NCBI GenBank assembly: GCA_963768655.1 | Contig: CAVYIM010000005.1 | Coordinates: 416,001 to 480,000, forward strand | Direction of reading: 5' to 3' | Origin: an uncultured Chloroflexia bacterium | Lineage (GTDB): Bacteria; Chloroflexota; Limnocylindria; Limnocylindrales; CSP1-4 | Length of the DNA: 64,000 nt | Part shown: in pieces, positions 1-10,766 of the stretch | Layout of the letters: each line of letters starts with the position of its first letter | How positions within the stretch are numbered: the stretch's first letter is position 1 | Notes under the pieces: model-generated | Database searches by the model: none | Seen by the model: the letters and a program-made list of their open reading frames with translations, nothing else | What the model was told of the DNA's origin: nothing | Program-made: the position numbers and the translations under genes

Positions 1-233
1 TCCATCGCCTTCTTCGCGGCCTGATCGGCCGAGAGGGCGGCGGCGTACGGCGTGCTCTTGCGGGAGCCCTTGAAGCCGGCCACGCCGGCCGAGCCCCAGC
101 TGATCACGTTGCCGTTTGGGTCGGTGATCGTAATGATCGTGTTGTTGAAACTCGCCTGGATGTGAACATGCCCCTGGGGCACATTCTTCCTCTCCCGGCG
201 GCGCTGCTTGGTGGCGCGCTTCCGTTCGGCCAT
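1..233 (-). CDS. rpsK: 30S ribosomal protein S11 (5' part, runs off window)
   Basis: Manual translation from ATG at 233: [50 protein letters not shown]...[10 protein letters not shown]; follows rpsM. Confidence 0.97.
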   Translation of the reverse strand, partial: MAERKRATKQRRRERKNVPQGHVHIQASFNNTIITITDPNGNVISWGSAGVAGFKGSRKSTPYAAALSADQAAKKAM

Positions 234-251
234 GCCTGCGTCCGGCTCCTC

Positions 252-629
252 TTACTTCGTCGCCTTGCGCCGGACGCCGACCGTCTTCTTCGGTCCTCGG
301 CGCTGCCGGGCGTTCGTCTTGGTCCGCTGGCCCCGGACCGGCAGGTTGCGCCGATGGCGCAGGCCGCGATAGGAGCCGATCTCGATCAGCCGCTTGACAT
401 TCATGGCAACCTCGCGGCGAAGGTCGCCTTCAACCTTGTAACGTCGGTCGATGATCTCTCGCAGCCGGTTGACCTGCTCCTCGGTCAGATCCCGGACGCG
501 GGTGTCCGGGTTGACGTTGGCCTGGACGAGGATCTTCTGGCTGGTTGGAAGGCCGATACCGTAGATGTAGGTAAGGGCGATCTCGACCCGCTTCTCACGG
601 GGAATGTCGATACCTGCGATACGTGCCAT
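252..629 (-). CDS. rpsM: 30S ribosomal protein S13
   Basis: [14 protein letters not shown]...[22 protein letters not shown]. Confidence 0.98.
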   Translation of the reverse strand: MARIAGIDIPREKRVEIALTYIYGIGLPTSQKILVQANVNPDTRVRDLTEEQVNRLREIIDRRYKVEGDLRREVAMNVKRLIEIGSYRGLRHRRNLPVRGQRTKTNARQRRGPKKTVGVRRKATK

Positions 630-632
630 GGC

Positions 633-746
633 CTAACCCTGCCGCTGCTTGTGCTTGGGATTCGCGCAGATGACCATCACGGTCCCGTGTCGGCGGATCA
701 CTTTGCAGTTGTCGCAGCGGGCCTTGACGGAAGCTCTGACTTTCAA
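633..746 (-). CDS. rpmJ: 50S ribosomal protein L36 (Zn-ribbon type, TTG start; not in ORF track)
   Basis: Manual translation [37 protein letters not shown]. Confidence 0.97.
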   Translation of the reverse strand: MKVRASVKARCDNCKVIRRHGTVMVICANPKHKQRQG

Positions 747-771
747 GGGATCCTCGTTGTTGTCGGCGGCG

Positions 772-990
772 CTACTTGAGTCGATAGGTGATGCGACCGC
801 GCGTCAGGTCGTAGGGAGATAGCTCCACTCTGACGCGGTCGCCAGGCAGGATGCGGATGAAGTTCATGCGCAGCTTGCCTGAGATGTGAGCCAGAACGCG
901 GTGGCCGTTCTCGAGTTCGACGGCGAACATCGTGTTGGGCAATGGCTCCAGCACGGTGCCTTCGACTTCGATCGCGTCCTTCTTTGCCAC
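772..990 (-). CDS. infA: translation initiation factor IF-1
   Basis: GTG start, [18 protein letters not shown]...[19 protein letters not shown]. Confidence 0.97.
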   Translation of the reverse strand: MAKKDAIEVEGTVLEPLPNTMFAVELENGHRVLAHISGKLRMNFIRILPGDRVRVELSPYDLTRGRITYRLK

Positions 991-1159
991 GTCCTGACTT
1001 ACTTCCCTTTCTCGCACGAATGCCGGCCGACCTCGGCCGACACACGAACGAACAGGTTATCAAAGATTGACGCGCCCGGCAACCACAAGGCGGAGCTTGC
1101 CGCCCTGGCCGGGAGCAGTCCGGCGGCGCAGGGCGCGCCGTCGACTTCGTCGATGCCAT

Positions 1160-1912
1160 TCATACGGTCGTCAGGATCTCGGGGCCGTGGTCGGTCACGG
1201 CGATCGTGTGCTCGAAATGGGCGGCCAGCGAATGATCCGTGGTCACCACGGTCCATCCGTCGGCCAGCGTCTCTACGTCCGCGCTGCCCAGGGTGAGCAT
1301 CGGCTCGATGGCCATGCAGACTCCGGGCGCCAACTCGATGCCACGGTTGCCGGTCCGGTAGTTCGGAATCTGCAGATCCTCGTGCATCCGGGTTCCGATG
1401 CCATGGCCGACGTACGGCCGGACGATCCCGCACTTGCCTTCCAGGGCCACATCCTCGACGGCGCCCGAGACGTCCTCGATGTGATGGCCGGGGACGGCGG
1501 CCGCGATGCCGGCCATCAAGGCCAGCCGCGTCGTCCGGATGAGCCGATCGACGTCCTTCGGCGGCGTACCGACGTAGAAGGTCCGGGCGCCGTCGCCGTG
1601 GTACCCCTGCCAGATCGCGCCGGCATCGATCGAGACGACCTGGCCCTCCGTGATGACCCGCTTGCCGGGTATCCCGTGAACCACTTCGGAGTCGATCGAG
1701 ACGCAGATGCAGGCCGGGAAGCCGCGATAGCCCTTGAACGAGGGCCGGGCCCCGGCCTTGCGGATGTAGCTCTCGGCAACGGCATCGAGGTCGGCCGTGG
1801 TCACCCCCGGCTTGAGCGCCTCTTCGACAGCGGCGAGGACCTCGGCCACGATGCGTCCGGCGCGGCGCATCAGAGCGATCTCCTCGCGTGATCTGCGGAC
1901 AACCGTCGCCAT
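1160..1912 (-). CDS. map: methionine aminopeptidase type I
   Basis: VVHGIP, DAG...GDGA, GHGIG...HE, AIEPM, AHFEHT motifs. Confidence 0.96.
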   Translation of the reverse strand: MATVVRRSREEIALMRRAGRIVAEVLAAVEEALKPGVTTADLDAVAESYIRKAGARPSFKGYRGFPACICVSIDSEVVHGIPGKRVITEGQVVSIDAGAIWQGYHGDGARTFYVGTPPKDVDRLIRTTRLALMAGIAAAVPGHHIEDVSGAVEDVALEGKCGIVRPYVGHGIGTRMHEDLQIPNYRTGNRGIELAPGVCMAIEPMLTLGSADVETLADGWTVVTTDHSLAAHFEHTIAVTDHGPEILTTV

Positions 1913-1919
1913 CTCGATG

Positions 1920-2591
1920 TCAGCTCCGCCGGCCGGTCGCGGCGGCGATGGCCTCCAGGAGGCCGTCCGTAACGCGGTCTATCGGCTGGCTGCCATCGAC
2001 CGTCACCAGAACACCATGGCTGCGGTAGTGCCCGACGACCTGGTCCAGGGCGCCGAGCTGCTGGCGCAGGCGAGCCTGCACCGTCGCCGGCTGGTCATCG
2101 GTTCGCTGGTAGAGCTCGGACCCATCGATGTCGCAGATGCCGGGGACGAGCGGCTTCTTGGTTTGCTCATGGTAGGGATGACCCTGCGCGCGGCAGATCC
2201 AGCGGCCGCCGAGGCGGGCGACGAGATCGGCCTCCGGGACCTCGACATACGGCGCGACGTCCACCTTGCCTCCCCGCCCGGCGAGAGCCCGGTCGAGCAC
2301 CTCCGCCTGGGCGGTGTTGCGCGGAAAGCCGTCGAGCAGGATGCCCTTCGCGGCGTCCGGCCTGGCCAGTCGCTCGAAGAGCATGTCGATGGTCACCGAA
2401 TCGGGCACGAGCTCGCCCCGGTCCATGTACCCCTTGGCGGTCAGGCCAAGCGGCGTGCCGTCGCGGACGGCGGCCCGGAACAGGTCACCGGTGGCGACGT
2501 GTGCCAGGCCGAGCCGCTCGGCGAGGATCTGGGCCTGTGTCCCCTTCCCGGCGCCGGGTGCGCCGAGCAGGACGACGACGTTCCCGATCAA
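1920..2591 (-). CDS. adk: adenylate kinase
   Basis: P-loop GAPGAGKGTQA, LLDGFPRN, LID with RxDD. Confidence 0.97.
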   Translation of the reverse strand: MIGNVVVLLGAPGAGKGTQAQILAERLGLAHVATGDLFRAAVRDGTPLGLTAKGYMDRGELVPDSVTIDMLFERLARPDAAKGILLDGFPRNTAQAEVLDRALAGRGGKVDVAPYVEVPEADLVARLGGRWICRAQGHPYHEQTKKPLVPGICDIDGSELYQRTDDQPATVQARLRQQLGALDQVVGHYRSHGVLVTVDGSQPIDRVTDGLLEAIAAATGRRS

Positions 2592-3904
2592 CGAATGAAC
2601 CCTTCGTAGCTGCGCATCATCAGCTGCGCTTCCAGCTGCTTCATCGTCTCGACCACGACGCTGACGACAATCAGGACGCTCGTGCCGCCGAGACCGACGC
2701 CGACCGTGCTGAGGTTGCTGAACATCGGCAGCGCGGCGAGGACCATCGGCAGGACGGCGATCAGGGCGATGAAGGTGGCGCCTGCCAGCGTGATCCGGAA
2801 GGCCACGCGACGGAGGTAGTCCTCGGTCGGCTGGCCCGGCCGGATCCCCGGTATGAAGCCACCCGACTTACGTAAGTTGTTGGCCGTCTCATCGGGTTTG
2901 AACACGATGAAGGTGTAGAAGAAGCCGAACGCGAGGGTGAGCAGGAAGTACAAGCTCAGGTACAACGGGCCGGTCGTGTTGAGCCAGGAGAGGATCCCGG
3001 TCGACACCTGAGACACGATGGCCACGCTCGAGCCCTTGAAGTAGGTCGCGATCTGGAGCGGGAAGAGCAGGATGCTGATGGCGAAGATGATCGGGATGAC
3101 GCCCGACATGTTCACCCTGAGTGGCAGGAACGTGGAACCGCCTTGGTATATCCGGTGACCACGGACCCGGTTGGCGTACTGGATTGGGATGCGGCGCTGG
3201 CCTTCCTGGACGAAGATGATGGTGAAGATGATCAGGATGCCGACCATTCCGAAGATCACCAGCTCGAGCCAGTCCGGGTTGCTCAGGAAGCCCTCGATCG
3301 TGGCCGGGATGCGGGACACGATACCGGCGAAGATGATGAAGCTGATGCCGTTACCGATCCCCTTCTCGGTGATCAGCTCGCCCAACCACATCAACACGAT
3401 GGAGCCGGTGGTCAGGGCGATGATCTGCGTCCACGACTCGTATGTCTCGAAGCTGAACGGCGTGTTGTAGGCCACGATCGGTGGGGACTGGTTGGCAAGA
3501 TCGCCCTGGAGGAACGCGAGGATGCCGTAGGCCTGGAGAGCCGCCAGCGGCACCGACAACCAGCGCGAGTAGCTTGTGATCTTGTTCCGGCCGTACTCGC
3601 CCTCGCGGGACAGAGCTTGAAGCGACGGGATCGTCGTCTGCAGGATCTGCATGATGATCGTGGCGTTGATGTACGGATTCAGGCCCAGGCCCACGATCGA
3701 CATTCTGCGGATGTCGCCGCCCGAGAAGAGCGACAGCAGTCCGAAGATGCTGCTGTCGGTGTTCGCGGCATTCAATGACGCCGGGTTGATGCCCGGAATG
3801 AGGACGTGCGCCAGGGCCCGATACACGATCAGGATGAACGCGACGAAGAGCAGCCTCCGGCGGATGTCCGGCGCGCGGAAAGCGTTCAGCATCGACTCGA
3901 GCAT
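2588..3904 (-). CDS. secY: preprotein translocase SecY
   Basis: Multiple TM segments, GIGNGIS, GVIPIIFA, IPGIRPG, GGTSVLIVV. Confidence 0.98.
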   Translation of the reverse strand: MLESMLNAFRAPDIRRRLLFVAFILIVYRALAHVLIPGINPASLNAANTDSSIFGLLSLFSGGDIRRMSIVGLGLNPYINATIIMQILQTTIPSLQALSREGEYGRNKITSYSRWLSVPLAALQAYGILAFLQGDLANQSPPIVAYNTPFSFETYESWTQIIALTTGSIVLMWLGELITEKGIGNGISFIIFAGIVSRIPATIEGFLSNPDWLELVIFGMVGILIIFTIIFVQEGQRRIPIQYANRVRGHRIYQGGSTFLPLRVNMSGVIPIIFAISILLFPLQIATYFKGSSVAIVSQVSTGILSWLNTTGPLYLSLYFLLTLAFGFFYTFIVFKPDETANNLRKSGGFIPGIRPGQPTEDYLRRVAFRITLAGATFIALIAVLPMVLAALPMFSNLSTVGVGLGGTSVLIVVSVVVETMKQLEAQLMMRSYEGFIR

Positions 3905-3907
3905 GGC

Positions 3908-4663
3908 TCAGGCGCCCTTCTCTGAATCTGAGCCGGACGGCTCGTCCTGGGCCGCGCCCGATTCGCCGGCGGCGGCGGAGCCGCTGGCCTTGTCGGCCTT
4001 CTCCCCCTCGTCGGCTTTCTCGGCCCTGGCCGCCTTGCCGGCGCCGGCACGGCGGGAGGGGACAGTGGCGGCGGCCGGAGCGGCGGGCTCAGTCGCGTCA
4101 TCCGGCTCGGCCTCGCTCGGGAACTCGAGCACGTGGGCCGTCCCACCGGCCGCTTCGATCTTCGCCGTGGCGCTCTTGCTGAACGCGTCGGCGACGACGA
4201 AGAGGGGCCGGGTCACGTCACCGTGGCCGAGGATCTTGAGCGGCCTGTCGAGCGATCGGACCAGCCCGACAGCCGCGAGGATGTCGGGCGTGATGGTCAC
4301 CGGCGCAGCGCCGGCCCTGGCCGGGGCCTTGCCGGCCCTGGCCGGGGCCTTGGCAGTGTCGGCAGCGGCCGCGAGCTCGGGCGCGTCGAGGATGCCCGTC
4401 TCGGCCAGGTCGTTGATGCGGCCGACGTTGACGATCTCGTACTCGACGCGGAACGGGTTCCGGAAGCCGCGCAGCTTGGGGACGCGGATGTGGATCGGGG
4501 TCTGTCCACCCTCGAACCACGGCTGGATCGTCCCGCCCGTGCGGGCCTTCTGACCCTTCGTGCCACGGCCGGCGGTCTTGCCCTTGCCCGCGGCGATGCC
4601 CCGGCCGACGCGCGTGCGTGGCTTGCGGGAGCCTTCGGCGGGGCGCAGGTCGTGCAGCTTCAT
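3908..4663 (-). CDS. rplO: 50S ribosomal protein L15 with low-complexity insertion and C-terminal tail
   Basis: [51 protein letters not shown]. Confidence 0.96.
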   Translation of the reverse strand: MKLHDLRPAEGSRKPRTRVGRGIAAGKGKTAGRGTKGQKARTGGTIQPWFEGGQTPIHIRVPKLRGFRNPFRVEYEIVNVGRINDLAETGILDAPELAAAADTAKAPARAGKAPARAGAAPVTITPDILAAVGLVRSLDRPLKILGHGDVTRPLFVVADAFSKSATAKIEAAGGTAHVLEFPSEAEPDDATEPAAPAAATVPSRRAGAGKAARAEKADEGEKADKASGSAAAGESGAAQDEPSGSDSEKGA

Positions 4664-4857
4664 CGCTTCTCCTCGGGCAGTTCCTCGACCTCGACGAGGA
4701 AACGGACCTGCCGCACCATGCCGCGCGTGGCCTCGTTGTCGGGCACTTCGACGGTGTCGCCGATGCCCCGGAGACCCAGCGCCCTGATCGTGCCGCGGTT
4801 GCGGGCTATGTGGCTGATGGTGCTCTTGGTCTGGGTGACGCGCAGCTTACCGGCCAT
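4660..4857 (-). CDS. rpmD: 50S ribosomal protein L30
   Basis: [10 protein letters not shown]...ALGLR...RGMV; between rpsE and rplO. Confidence 0.96.
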   Translation of the reverse strand: MAGKLRVTQTKSTISHIARNRGTIRALGLRGIGDTVEVPDNEATRGMVRQVRFLVEVEELPEEKR

Positions 4858-5380
4858 TGGCCACCTCCGCGGCTGGCTGACCGGCGACGCTGCTGTGAAC
4901 CCGGACGCCGCGGCGCGCGCTTATCTCCTCAGCCGAGTGAAGGCTCTTGAGCGCCTCCATGGTCGCCCGGGTGACGTTCACCGGGTTGGTCGAGCCGAAC
5001 ACCTTGGCCAGGATGTCGCGGATGCCGGCCGACTCGACGACGGCGCGAACGGCGCCGCCGGCAATGACGCCGGTGCCCTGCGAGGCCGGCTTCAGCATGA
5101 TCCTCGAGGCCCCGAAGTCCATGCGGACCTCGTGCGGGATCGTCGTCCCGACCATGGGGATGCGGATGATGTTCTTCTTCGCGTCCTCGACGCCCTTGCG
5201 GATGGACTCGGGCACCTCGCCGGCCTTGCCGAGGCCGACGCCGACGTGACCCGCGCCGTCTCCGACGACGACGATCGCGCTGAAGCTGAAGCGGCGGCCG
5301 CCCTTGACGACCTTCGCAACGCGGTTGATCTGGACGACGCGCTCTTCGAGCGTCAGCTTGTTGGGATCGATCCTGGCCAA
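4847..5380 (-). CDS. rpsE: 30S ribosomal protein S5
   Basis: [22 protein letters not shown]. Confidence 0.98.
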   Translation of the reverse strand: MARIDPNKLTLEERVVQINRVAKVVKGGRRFSFSAIVVVGDGAGHVGVGLGKAGEVPESIRKGVEDAKKNIIRIPMVGTTIPHEVRMDFGASRIMLKPASQGTGVIAGGAVRAVVESAGIRDILAKVFGSTNPVNVTRATMEALKSLHSAEEISARRGVRVHSSVAGQPAAEVANGR

Positions 5381-5398
5381 CTGATCAGCTCCTTCGCG

Positions 5399-5761
5399 TC
5401 AGAACTCGAGGCCGGCTTCGCGGGCGGCGTCGGCCAGCGACTTGATCCGTCCGTGATACCTGAACCCGGCTCGGTCGAATACGACCTGTTCGATGCCGGC
5501 GCTCCGGGCGCGCTCTGCGATCAGGCGGCCGACCGTCTTGGCCTCATCGGTCTTCTTCTGGCCGGCGGCCCTGAGCTCCTTCTCGAGGCTCGAGGCGGCG
5601 GCCAGCGTGTGACCGGTCGTGTCGTCGATCACCTGGGCATAGATATGGTTGAGGCTGCGGAAAACGGTCAGGCGCGGGCGCTCGGGCGAACCCGAGAGGC
5701 GAAGCCTGATCCGCTCGTGCCGCTTCTGCCGCGCGGCCCCGCGGCTGGCGACCTGCGTCAT
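5399..5761 (-). CDS. rplR: 50S ribosomal protein L18
   Basis: Start trimmed to MTQVASRG; RPRLTVFRS...[12 protein letters not shown]. Confidence 0.96.
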   Translation of the reverse strand: MTQVASRGAARQKRHERIRLRLSGSPERPRLTVFRSLNHIYAQVIDDTTGHTLAAASSLEKELRAAGQKKTDEAKTVGRLIAERARSAGIEQVVFDRAGFRYHGRIKSLADAAREAGLEF

Positions 5762-5777
5762 CGTGCTGACCCCTTCA

Positions 5778-5896
5778 CTCGCCGCTGAAGCGGCCGATCG
5801 CTGTGTTGCCGGCTGTGCTCCTCGCTCACAGGCGTTTGAAGCCTGCTCGCTCCGGTGCGCGCCGGCGCCTTGCGCTCGGCTCGCCTGAGCGGCGAG
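5778..5896 (+). repeat. intergenic long-hairpin repeat element, copy A
   Basis: Terminal inverted repeat CTCGCCGCT...AGCGGCGAG; core CTGTGTTGCC...CCTCGCTC..GCTCGCTCCGGT...GGCGCCTTGC shared with 27392-27507 and 29203-29322. Confidence 0.75.
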
Positions 5897-5912
5897 CCAA
5901 TGACTGGCTGGC

Positions 5913-6464
5913 TCACTTCTTGCCGCCGATCTTGCCGGCCTTGCCGGCCTTGCGGCGGATCTGCTCGCCAAGGTAGTGGACGCCCTTGCCCTTGTATGGC
6001 TCGGGCTTGCGGGTGGCTCGGATCGTGGCCGCCACCTGGCCGACGAGCTCCTTGTCGATGCCGACCACCGCGAGGCGGACCGGGTTCTCGACCTCGAAGA
6101 CGATACCTGCCGGCGGCTCGATCTCGATCGGATGGCTGTAGCCGAGGTTCAGCTGCAGCTTGTCTCCGACCTTCGCCGCGCGATAGCCCACGCCCGTGAT
6201 CTCGAGCGGTTTGCGGTAGCCGTCCGTCACGCCGGTCACCATGTTGTTGACGAGCGTTCGAGTCAGGCCGTGGAGTTGCTTGTGGTGCTTGGCTTCGCTG
6301 GGTCGCTCCACGACGATAGTCGAGCCTTCCATCGTGACGCGCATGTCCGGATGGAGAGAGCGATGAAGCGAGCCCTTCGGGCCCTTGACGGTGATGTCCC
6401 GACCGACGATCGAAACATCGACACTCGGCGGAACCTGGATCGGCAGGCGACCAATGCGCGACAT
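5913..6464 (-). CDS. rplF: 50S ribosomal protein L6
   Basis: MSRIGRLPI...GVGYRA...PEPYKGKG. Confidence 0.98.
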   Translation of the reverse strand: MSRIGRLPIQVPPSVDVSIVGRDITVKGPKGSLHRSLHPDMRVTMEGSTIVVERPSEAKHHKQLHGLTRTLVNNMVTGVTDGYRKPLEITGVGYRAAKVGDKLQLNLGYSHPIEIEPPAGIVFEVENPVRLAVVGIDKELVGQVAATIRATRKPEPYKGKGVHYLGEQIRRKAGKAGKIGGKK

Positions 6465-6471
6465 CGCCGGC

Positions 6472-6870
6472 CTACCAGACGTACGCCAGGACTTCACCAC
6501 CGAGCTGGGCCTTGTGGGCCTGCGAGCCGGTCATGATGCCCTGACTGGTGCTGACGATTACGAGGCCGAGTCCCCCGAGCACCCTGGGGATCTCGGTCTT
6601 GCGCGCATACACGCGCAATCCGGGCTTGCTGATGCGCTTGAGCCCCGACACAACCGGAGCCTTGCCATCGACGTACTTGAGCGTGACGCGCAGCACCTGG
6701 CGGGCACCCTCGTGCTCTTCGCGGACGTCGGCGATGAAGCCCTCCTCCAAGAGGATTCGGGCGATTTCCCGCTTTGTCCGCGAGGCCGGGACGACCACGT
6801 CCGCGTGCCGCGCCCGCGACGCGTTGCGGATGCGAGTCAGCATGTCCGCAATCGGATCGGAGACGTTCAT
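6472..6870 (-). CDS. rpsH: 30S ribosomal protein S8
   Basis: [26 protein letters not shown]. Confidence 0.98.
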   Translation of the reverse strand: MNVSDPIADMLTRIRNASRARHADVVVPASRTKREIARILLEEGFIADVREEHEGARQVLRVTLKYVDGKAPVVSGLKRISKPGLRVYARKTEIPRVLGGLGLVIVSTSQGIMTGSQAHKAQLGGEVLAYVW

Positions 6871-6877
6871 CGGTTAC

Positions 6878-7063
6878 CTACCAGCTCGACTTGGTGACGC
6901 CGGGCAGCTCGCCCAGCAGCGCCCGTTCGCGGAAACAGATGCGGCACAAACCAAAGCGCCGCATATATGCGCGGGGGCGGCCGCAGACGAAGCAGCGGTG
7001 ATAGGCCTGAACCTTGTGCCGCGCCGGTCGCTTGGCCTTGGCGATCATCGACTTCTTGGCCAT
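6878..7063 (-). CDS. rpsZ: 30S ribosomal protein S14 type Z (Zn-binding)
   Basis: 61 aa, RCFVCGRPR...LCRICFR. Confidence 0.96.
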   Translation of the reverse strand: MAKKSMIAKAKRPARHKVQAYHRCFVCGRPRAYMRRFGLCRICFRERALLGELPGVTKSSW

Positions 7064-7082
7064 TGCTTCTCCCTCCCCGCGC

Positions 7083-7625
7083 CTAGCCGGCGAAGGGCAT
7101 GCCGAGGAGTTCGAGCAAACGCTTCGATTCCTCGTCGGTCTTCGCCGTCGTCACGATGCTGATCTCCAGCCCGCGGAGACGGTCCACCTTGTCGTAGTCG
7201 ATCTCCGGGAACGCGAGTTGCTCCCGAAGCCCCAGTGAGTAGTTGCCGCGCCCGTCGAACGACTTGGCCGGCACGCCGTGGAAGTCGCGGATGCGGGGCA
7301 GCGCGATGCGGGTCAGCCTCTCGAGGAAGTCCCACATCCGATCGCCACGCAAAGTCACACGCGCGCCGATCGTGTTGCCGGTGCGAAGCCGGAACTGCGC
7401 GATCGAGCGCTTCGCCTTGGTAGTCACCGGATGCTGACCGGTGATCGCGGCAAGGTCGCCAACGGCGGCATCGACCGCTTTGGGGTTCTGCAGAGCCTCG
7501 CCCAGACCGATGTTGACGACGATCTTGGACAGGCGCGGGACCTGCATCGGATTGGTGTAGTTGAACTGCTTCTGCAGCGCCGGGACGGCCTCGTCCGCGT
7601 AGCGCTTGCGAAGGCTGCCGCTCAC
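7083..7625 (-). CDS. rplE: 50S ribosomal protein L5
   Basis: GTG start VSGSLRKRY; PRIRDF, FDGRGNY, FPEI. Confidence 0.97.
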   Translation of the reverse strand: MSGSLRKRYADEAVPALQKQFNYTNPMQVPRLSKIVVNIGLGEALQNPKAVDAAVGDLAAITGQHPVTTKAKRSIAQFRLRTGNTIGARVTLRGDRMWDFLERLTRIALPRIRDFHGVPAKSFDGRGNYSLGLREQLAFPEIDYDKVDRLRGLEISIVTTAKTDEESKRLLELLGMPFAG

Positions 7626-8053
7626 GCGCCCACCTCCAGCTGCTCGTTGCAGTGCCCGCACACGCGAGCGCTCTTGCCTGTGCTCAGGCGCTGGTGCTTG
7701 ACGCGCGTGACCCGTTCGCAACGCGGACAGATGATCATCACGTTGCTGGCGTCGATCGGCATCGGCTTGTCGACGATGCCGCCCTGCTGCATCTGCGGTG
7801 CTCGATCGTTCTGCATCTTCTGATGCGGCTTGGTGTGGCGCTTGGCGATATTGATGCCCGAGATGACGACCGACAGAGGACGGGTCGCGGTCCTCCTCCA
7901 GCCTGCCCTCGTCGGGCGCTCGCCGGACGGATTTCGGAGAACCCGCTCGACCTTGCCGCGCTTGCCGGCGTCTTTGCCGTGCAGTACGACGACGGTGTCG
8001 CCGGCTCGAATCTCAGGCACCTTGTTGGCGGGTGCGTTCTTTTCTGGCGCCAT
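7622..8053 (-). CDS. rplX: 50S ribosomal protein L24
   Basis: [25 protein letters not shown]; has an internal insertion and a CxxC...CxxC pattern. Confidence 0.95.
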   Translation of the reverse strand: MAPEKNAPANKVPEIRAGDTVVVLHGKDAGKRGKVERVLRNPSGERPTRAGWRRTATRPLSVVISGINIAKRHTKPHQKMQNDRAPQMQQGGIVDKPMPIDASNVMIICPRCERVTRVKHQRLSTGKSARVCGHCNEQLEVGA

Positions 8054-8421
8054 CAGAGCACCTCCGGCGCGAGCGAGACGATCTTCATGTAGTTGCGGTC
8101 CCGCAACTCGCGGGCGACCGGGCCGAAGATGCGCGTGCCGCGCGGGTTGCCCTGGTTGTTGATGAGGACTGCGGCGTTCTCGTCGAAGCGGATGTAGCTG
8201 CCGTCCGGCCGGCCGTATTCCTTGGCTGTCCGAACGATCACGGCACGGACGACGTCACCCTTCTTGACCGGGGCATTCGGGATCGCCTGCTTGACGCTGG
8301 CGATGATCACGTCGCCGACGCCTGCGGTCGTCTTGCGCGAGCGGCCCATGATCCGAATGCACTGGATGGTGCGGGCGCCGGTGTTGTCGGCCACCCGCAA
8401 CCTGGTGTACTGCTGGATCAT
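8053..8421 (-). CDS. rplN: 50S ribosomal protein L14
   Basis: [16 protein letters not shown]...[13 protein letters not shown]...SLAPEVL. Confidence 0.98.
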   Translation of the reverse strand: MIQQYTRLRVADNTGARTIQCIRIMGRSRKTTAGVGDVIIASVKQAIPNAPVKKGDVVRAVIVRTAKEYGRPDGSYIRFDENAAVLINNQGNPRGTRIFGPVARELRDRNYMKIVSLAPEVL

Positions 8422-8789
8422 CGGGTGGCCTCGCGTTCAGCCGCGTGCCTGCCCGGGTGAGCGGCGCCGTGGATCGCCTCGTCGATCGCCTCGTCTTCGA
8501 CCACCGGCTCGGGCGTAGCGCCCTCTCCGGCTCGCGCGACGATGCTGACGAGGCGCCACCGCTTGGTGGCTGACAGCGGCCGCGACTCTTCGATCAAGAC
8601 CGTGTCGCCGACGCGGGCTTCGTTGTCCTCGTCGTGCGCCTTGAATTTGGTTGTCAAGCGGATGACCCGCTTGTACAGGGGATGCCGCGTCATGCGCTCG
8701 ACGGAGACGACGATCGTCTTGTCCATCTTGTCGCTGACGACACGGCCGACCTTGGTCTTCCGCTTGCCCTGCACTGCTGCTCCTGCCAT
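8418..8789 (-). CDS. rpsQ: 30S ribosomal protein S17 with C-terminal extension
   Basis: [32 protein letters not shown]. Confidence 0.97.
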   Translation of the reverse strand: MAGAAVQGKRKTKVGRVVSDKMDKTIVVSVERMTRHPLYKRVIRLTTKFKAHDEDNEARVGDTVLIEESRPLSATKRWRLVSIVARAGEGATPEPVVEDEAIDEAIHGAAHPGRHAAEREATR

Positions 8790-8800
8790 CGCGTGATCTC

Positions 8801-9013
8801 CTACGCCGTCTGCGTCCGGGAGCGCTCGTCGCGGCGCTCGCGCTGCACGGTGAGGATCCGCGCGATCGTTCGTCTGGTTTGGGGTATCGAGCTGTAGTCC
8901 TTCAGCTGGCGGGTCGTGAGCGCGAAGCGCGCCTGCCAGAGATCCTGCTTGGCCTGGCGCAGCTGCTCCTCGAGCTCCCCGTCAGAGAAGCCGCGAACCT
9001 TCTCAATGTCCAT
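8801..9013 (-). CDS. rpmC: 50S ribosomal protein L29
   Basis: RRTIARILT motif, position in S10 operon. Confidence 0.95.
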   Translation of the reverse strand: MDIEKVRGFSDGELEEQLRQAKQDLWQARFALTTRQLKDYSSIPQTRRTIARILTVQRERRDERSRTQTA

Positions 9014-9428
9014 CTGCGAGGCCTTCCTTGAGGATGAACCGGGTGGCGACCGGGAGCTTGTGGCTGGCGAGACGCATGGCCTCGACTGCCTCGGTCTGGT
9101 CGACGCCGGCCATCTCGAAGAGGATCCGGCCGGGCTTGACCACGGCTACCCAGTGGTCGGGGGCGCCCTTGCCGGAACCCATGCGGGTTTCAGCCGGCTT
9201 CTTGGTCGCCGGCTTGTCGGGGAAGACGCGGATCCAGATCTTGCCGCCGCGCTTGACCGAGCGGGTCATGGCGCGTCGTGCGGCTTCGATCTGGCGGCTG
9301 GTGATCCAGGCCGGCTCGAGAGTGGCCAGACCGAACTCGCCGAACGCGACGCTGGTGCCACCCTTGGCGATCCCGGACATCCGGCCGCGCTGGACCTTGC
9401 GGTGCTTGACGCGCTTGGGCATCAACAT
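9003..9428 (-). CDS. rplP: 50S ribosomal protein L16
   Basis: Start trimmed to [11 protein letters not shown]; RMGSGKG. Confidence 0.97.
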   Translation of the reverse strand: MLMPKRVKHRKVQRGRMSGIAKGGTSVAFGEFGLATLEPAWITSRQIEAARRAMTRSVKRGGKIWIRVFPDKPATKKPAETRMGSGKGAPDHWVAVVKPGRILFEMAGVDQTEAVEAMRLASHKLPVATRFILKEGLADGH

Positions 9429-9430
9429 GG

Positions 9431-10111
9431 CTACACCCCCTGCCCGACGGTGGCCGGGGCCAGGACGGGCTCGCGGCGAGGCTTCTCGGGAGCGACCTCG
9501 CCTCGATAGATCCAGACCTTGACGCCGATCCGACCGTAGGTCGTGAGGGCGTGGACCTGGGCGTAGCTGATGTCGGCGCGAAGCGTGCCGAGCGGGATTC
9601 GGCCTTCCTTGTCCCACTCGCGACGAGCCATCTCGGAGCCGCCGAGGCGACCCGCGACGGCGATCTTCACGCCCTTGGCGCCGGCCTTCATCGTCCGCTG
9701 CACAGCCTGCTTCATGGCCTTCTTGAAGGCGATGCGGCGGGCCAGCTGCTGGCTGATGTTGGTCGCGACGAGGTAGGCGTCGAGCTCCGGCTGGCGGATC
9801 TCCTTGACCTCGAGCTTGACCTTGCGCTTCGTCAGAGCGCCGACCTGCTGACGAAGCAGCTCGACGTTGGTGCCGCCCTTGCCGATCACGATGCCCGGCT
9901 TGGCGGTGTGGATCGTGACCGTGACGTGGTTGATGCCACGCTCGATCTCGACTCCGCTGACGCTCGCGTTGGCGAGTCGCTTGGTCACGAGCAGCCGGAT
10001 CGCGATGTCCTCCTTGAGGAGATCGGTGTAATCCTTGTCCGCGTACCACTTCGCCGTCCAGGTGCGGGAGACACCCAGCCGGAAGCCGTACGGGTGAACC
10101 TTGTGACCCAT
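9431..10111 (-). CDS. rpsC: 30S ribosomal protein S3
   Basis: [33 protein letters not shown]. Confidence 0.98.
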   Translation of the reverse strand: MGHKVHPYGFRLGVSRTWTAKWYADKDYTDLLKEDIAIRLLVTKRLANASVSGVEIERGINHVTVTIHTAKPGIVIGKGGTNVELLRQQVGALTKRKVKLEVKEIRQPELDAYLVATNISQQLARRIAFKKAMKQAVQRTMKAGAKGVKIAVAGRLGGSEMARREWDKEGRIPLGTLRADISYAQVHALTTYGRIGVKVWIYRGEVAPEKPRREPVLAPATVGQGV

Positions 10112-10453
10112 CTAGGCCTCCCGGTCTTCGACGACGATGGTGATGTGGGTCATGGGCTTGTGGATCGGGAACGCCCGACCCTGGGCCCGGGGCTGCCAGC
10201 GCTTGAGAACGCCGGGCCCCATGTTTGCCTGGGCATCGGCCACGACCAGATCCTCCGCGGACAGGTTGTGGTTGTTCTCCGCGTTGGCGGTCGCGCTCTT
10301 CAGGACGATGGCGACGTCACGTGCCGCCGCCTGCGGCATGAACTGCAGCAGGGCGGTGGCCTCCTCGACGCGCTTGCCCTTGATCGCCTCGGTGACGAGG
10401 CGGGCCTTTCGCGTGGAGCCCTTGAGGTATCTGGCTGTGGCGGAAACGCGCAC
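10112..10453 (-). CDS. rplV: 50S ribosomal protein L22
   Basis: [22 protein letters not shown]. Confidence 0.97.
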   Translation of the reverse strand: MRVSATARYLKGSTRKARLVTEAIKGKRVEEATALLQFMPQAAARDVAIVLKSATANAENNHNLSAEDLVVADAQANMGPGVLKRWQPRAQGRAFPIHKPMTHITIVVEDREA

Positions 10454-10463
10454 GTCCGGGCTC

Positions 10464-10748
10464 CTATTTGAGGGCGGTCGACCGCTCGGTGTGTTTCCCG
10501 TGCCCGCGGAAGGTGCGGGTCGGTGAGAACTCGCCGAGGCGGTGGCCGACCATGTTCTCGGTCACATAGACCGGGATGTGTTTCTTACCGTTGTAGACGG
10601 CGACCGTGTGCCCGATGAAATCGGGGAATATGACCGACGCGCGAGACCAGGTCTTGACGACCTTCTTCTCGCTCTTCTTGTTCATCGTCTGGACGCGGCC
10701 GAGGAGCCGCGACTCGACGAACGGTCCCTTCTTGACCGAACGCGACAT
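10464..10748 (-). CDS. rpsS: 30S ribosomal protein S19
   Basis: [26 protein letters not shown]. Confidence 0.98.
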   Translation of the reverse strand: MSRSVKKGPFVESRLLGRVQTMNKKSEKKVVKTWSRASVIFPDFIGHTVAVYNGKKHIPVYVTENMVGHRLGEFSPTRTFRGHGKHTERSTALK

Positions 10749-10766
10749 GCCTCTCTCTCCTCTGCC

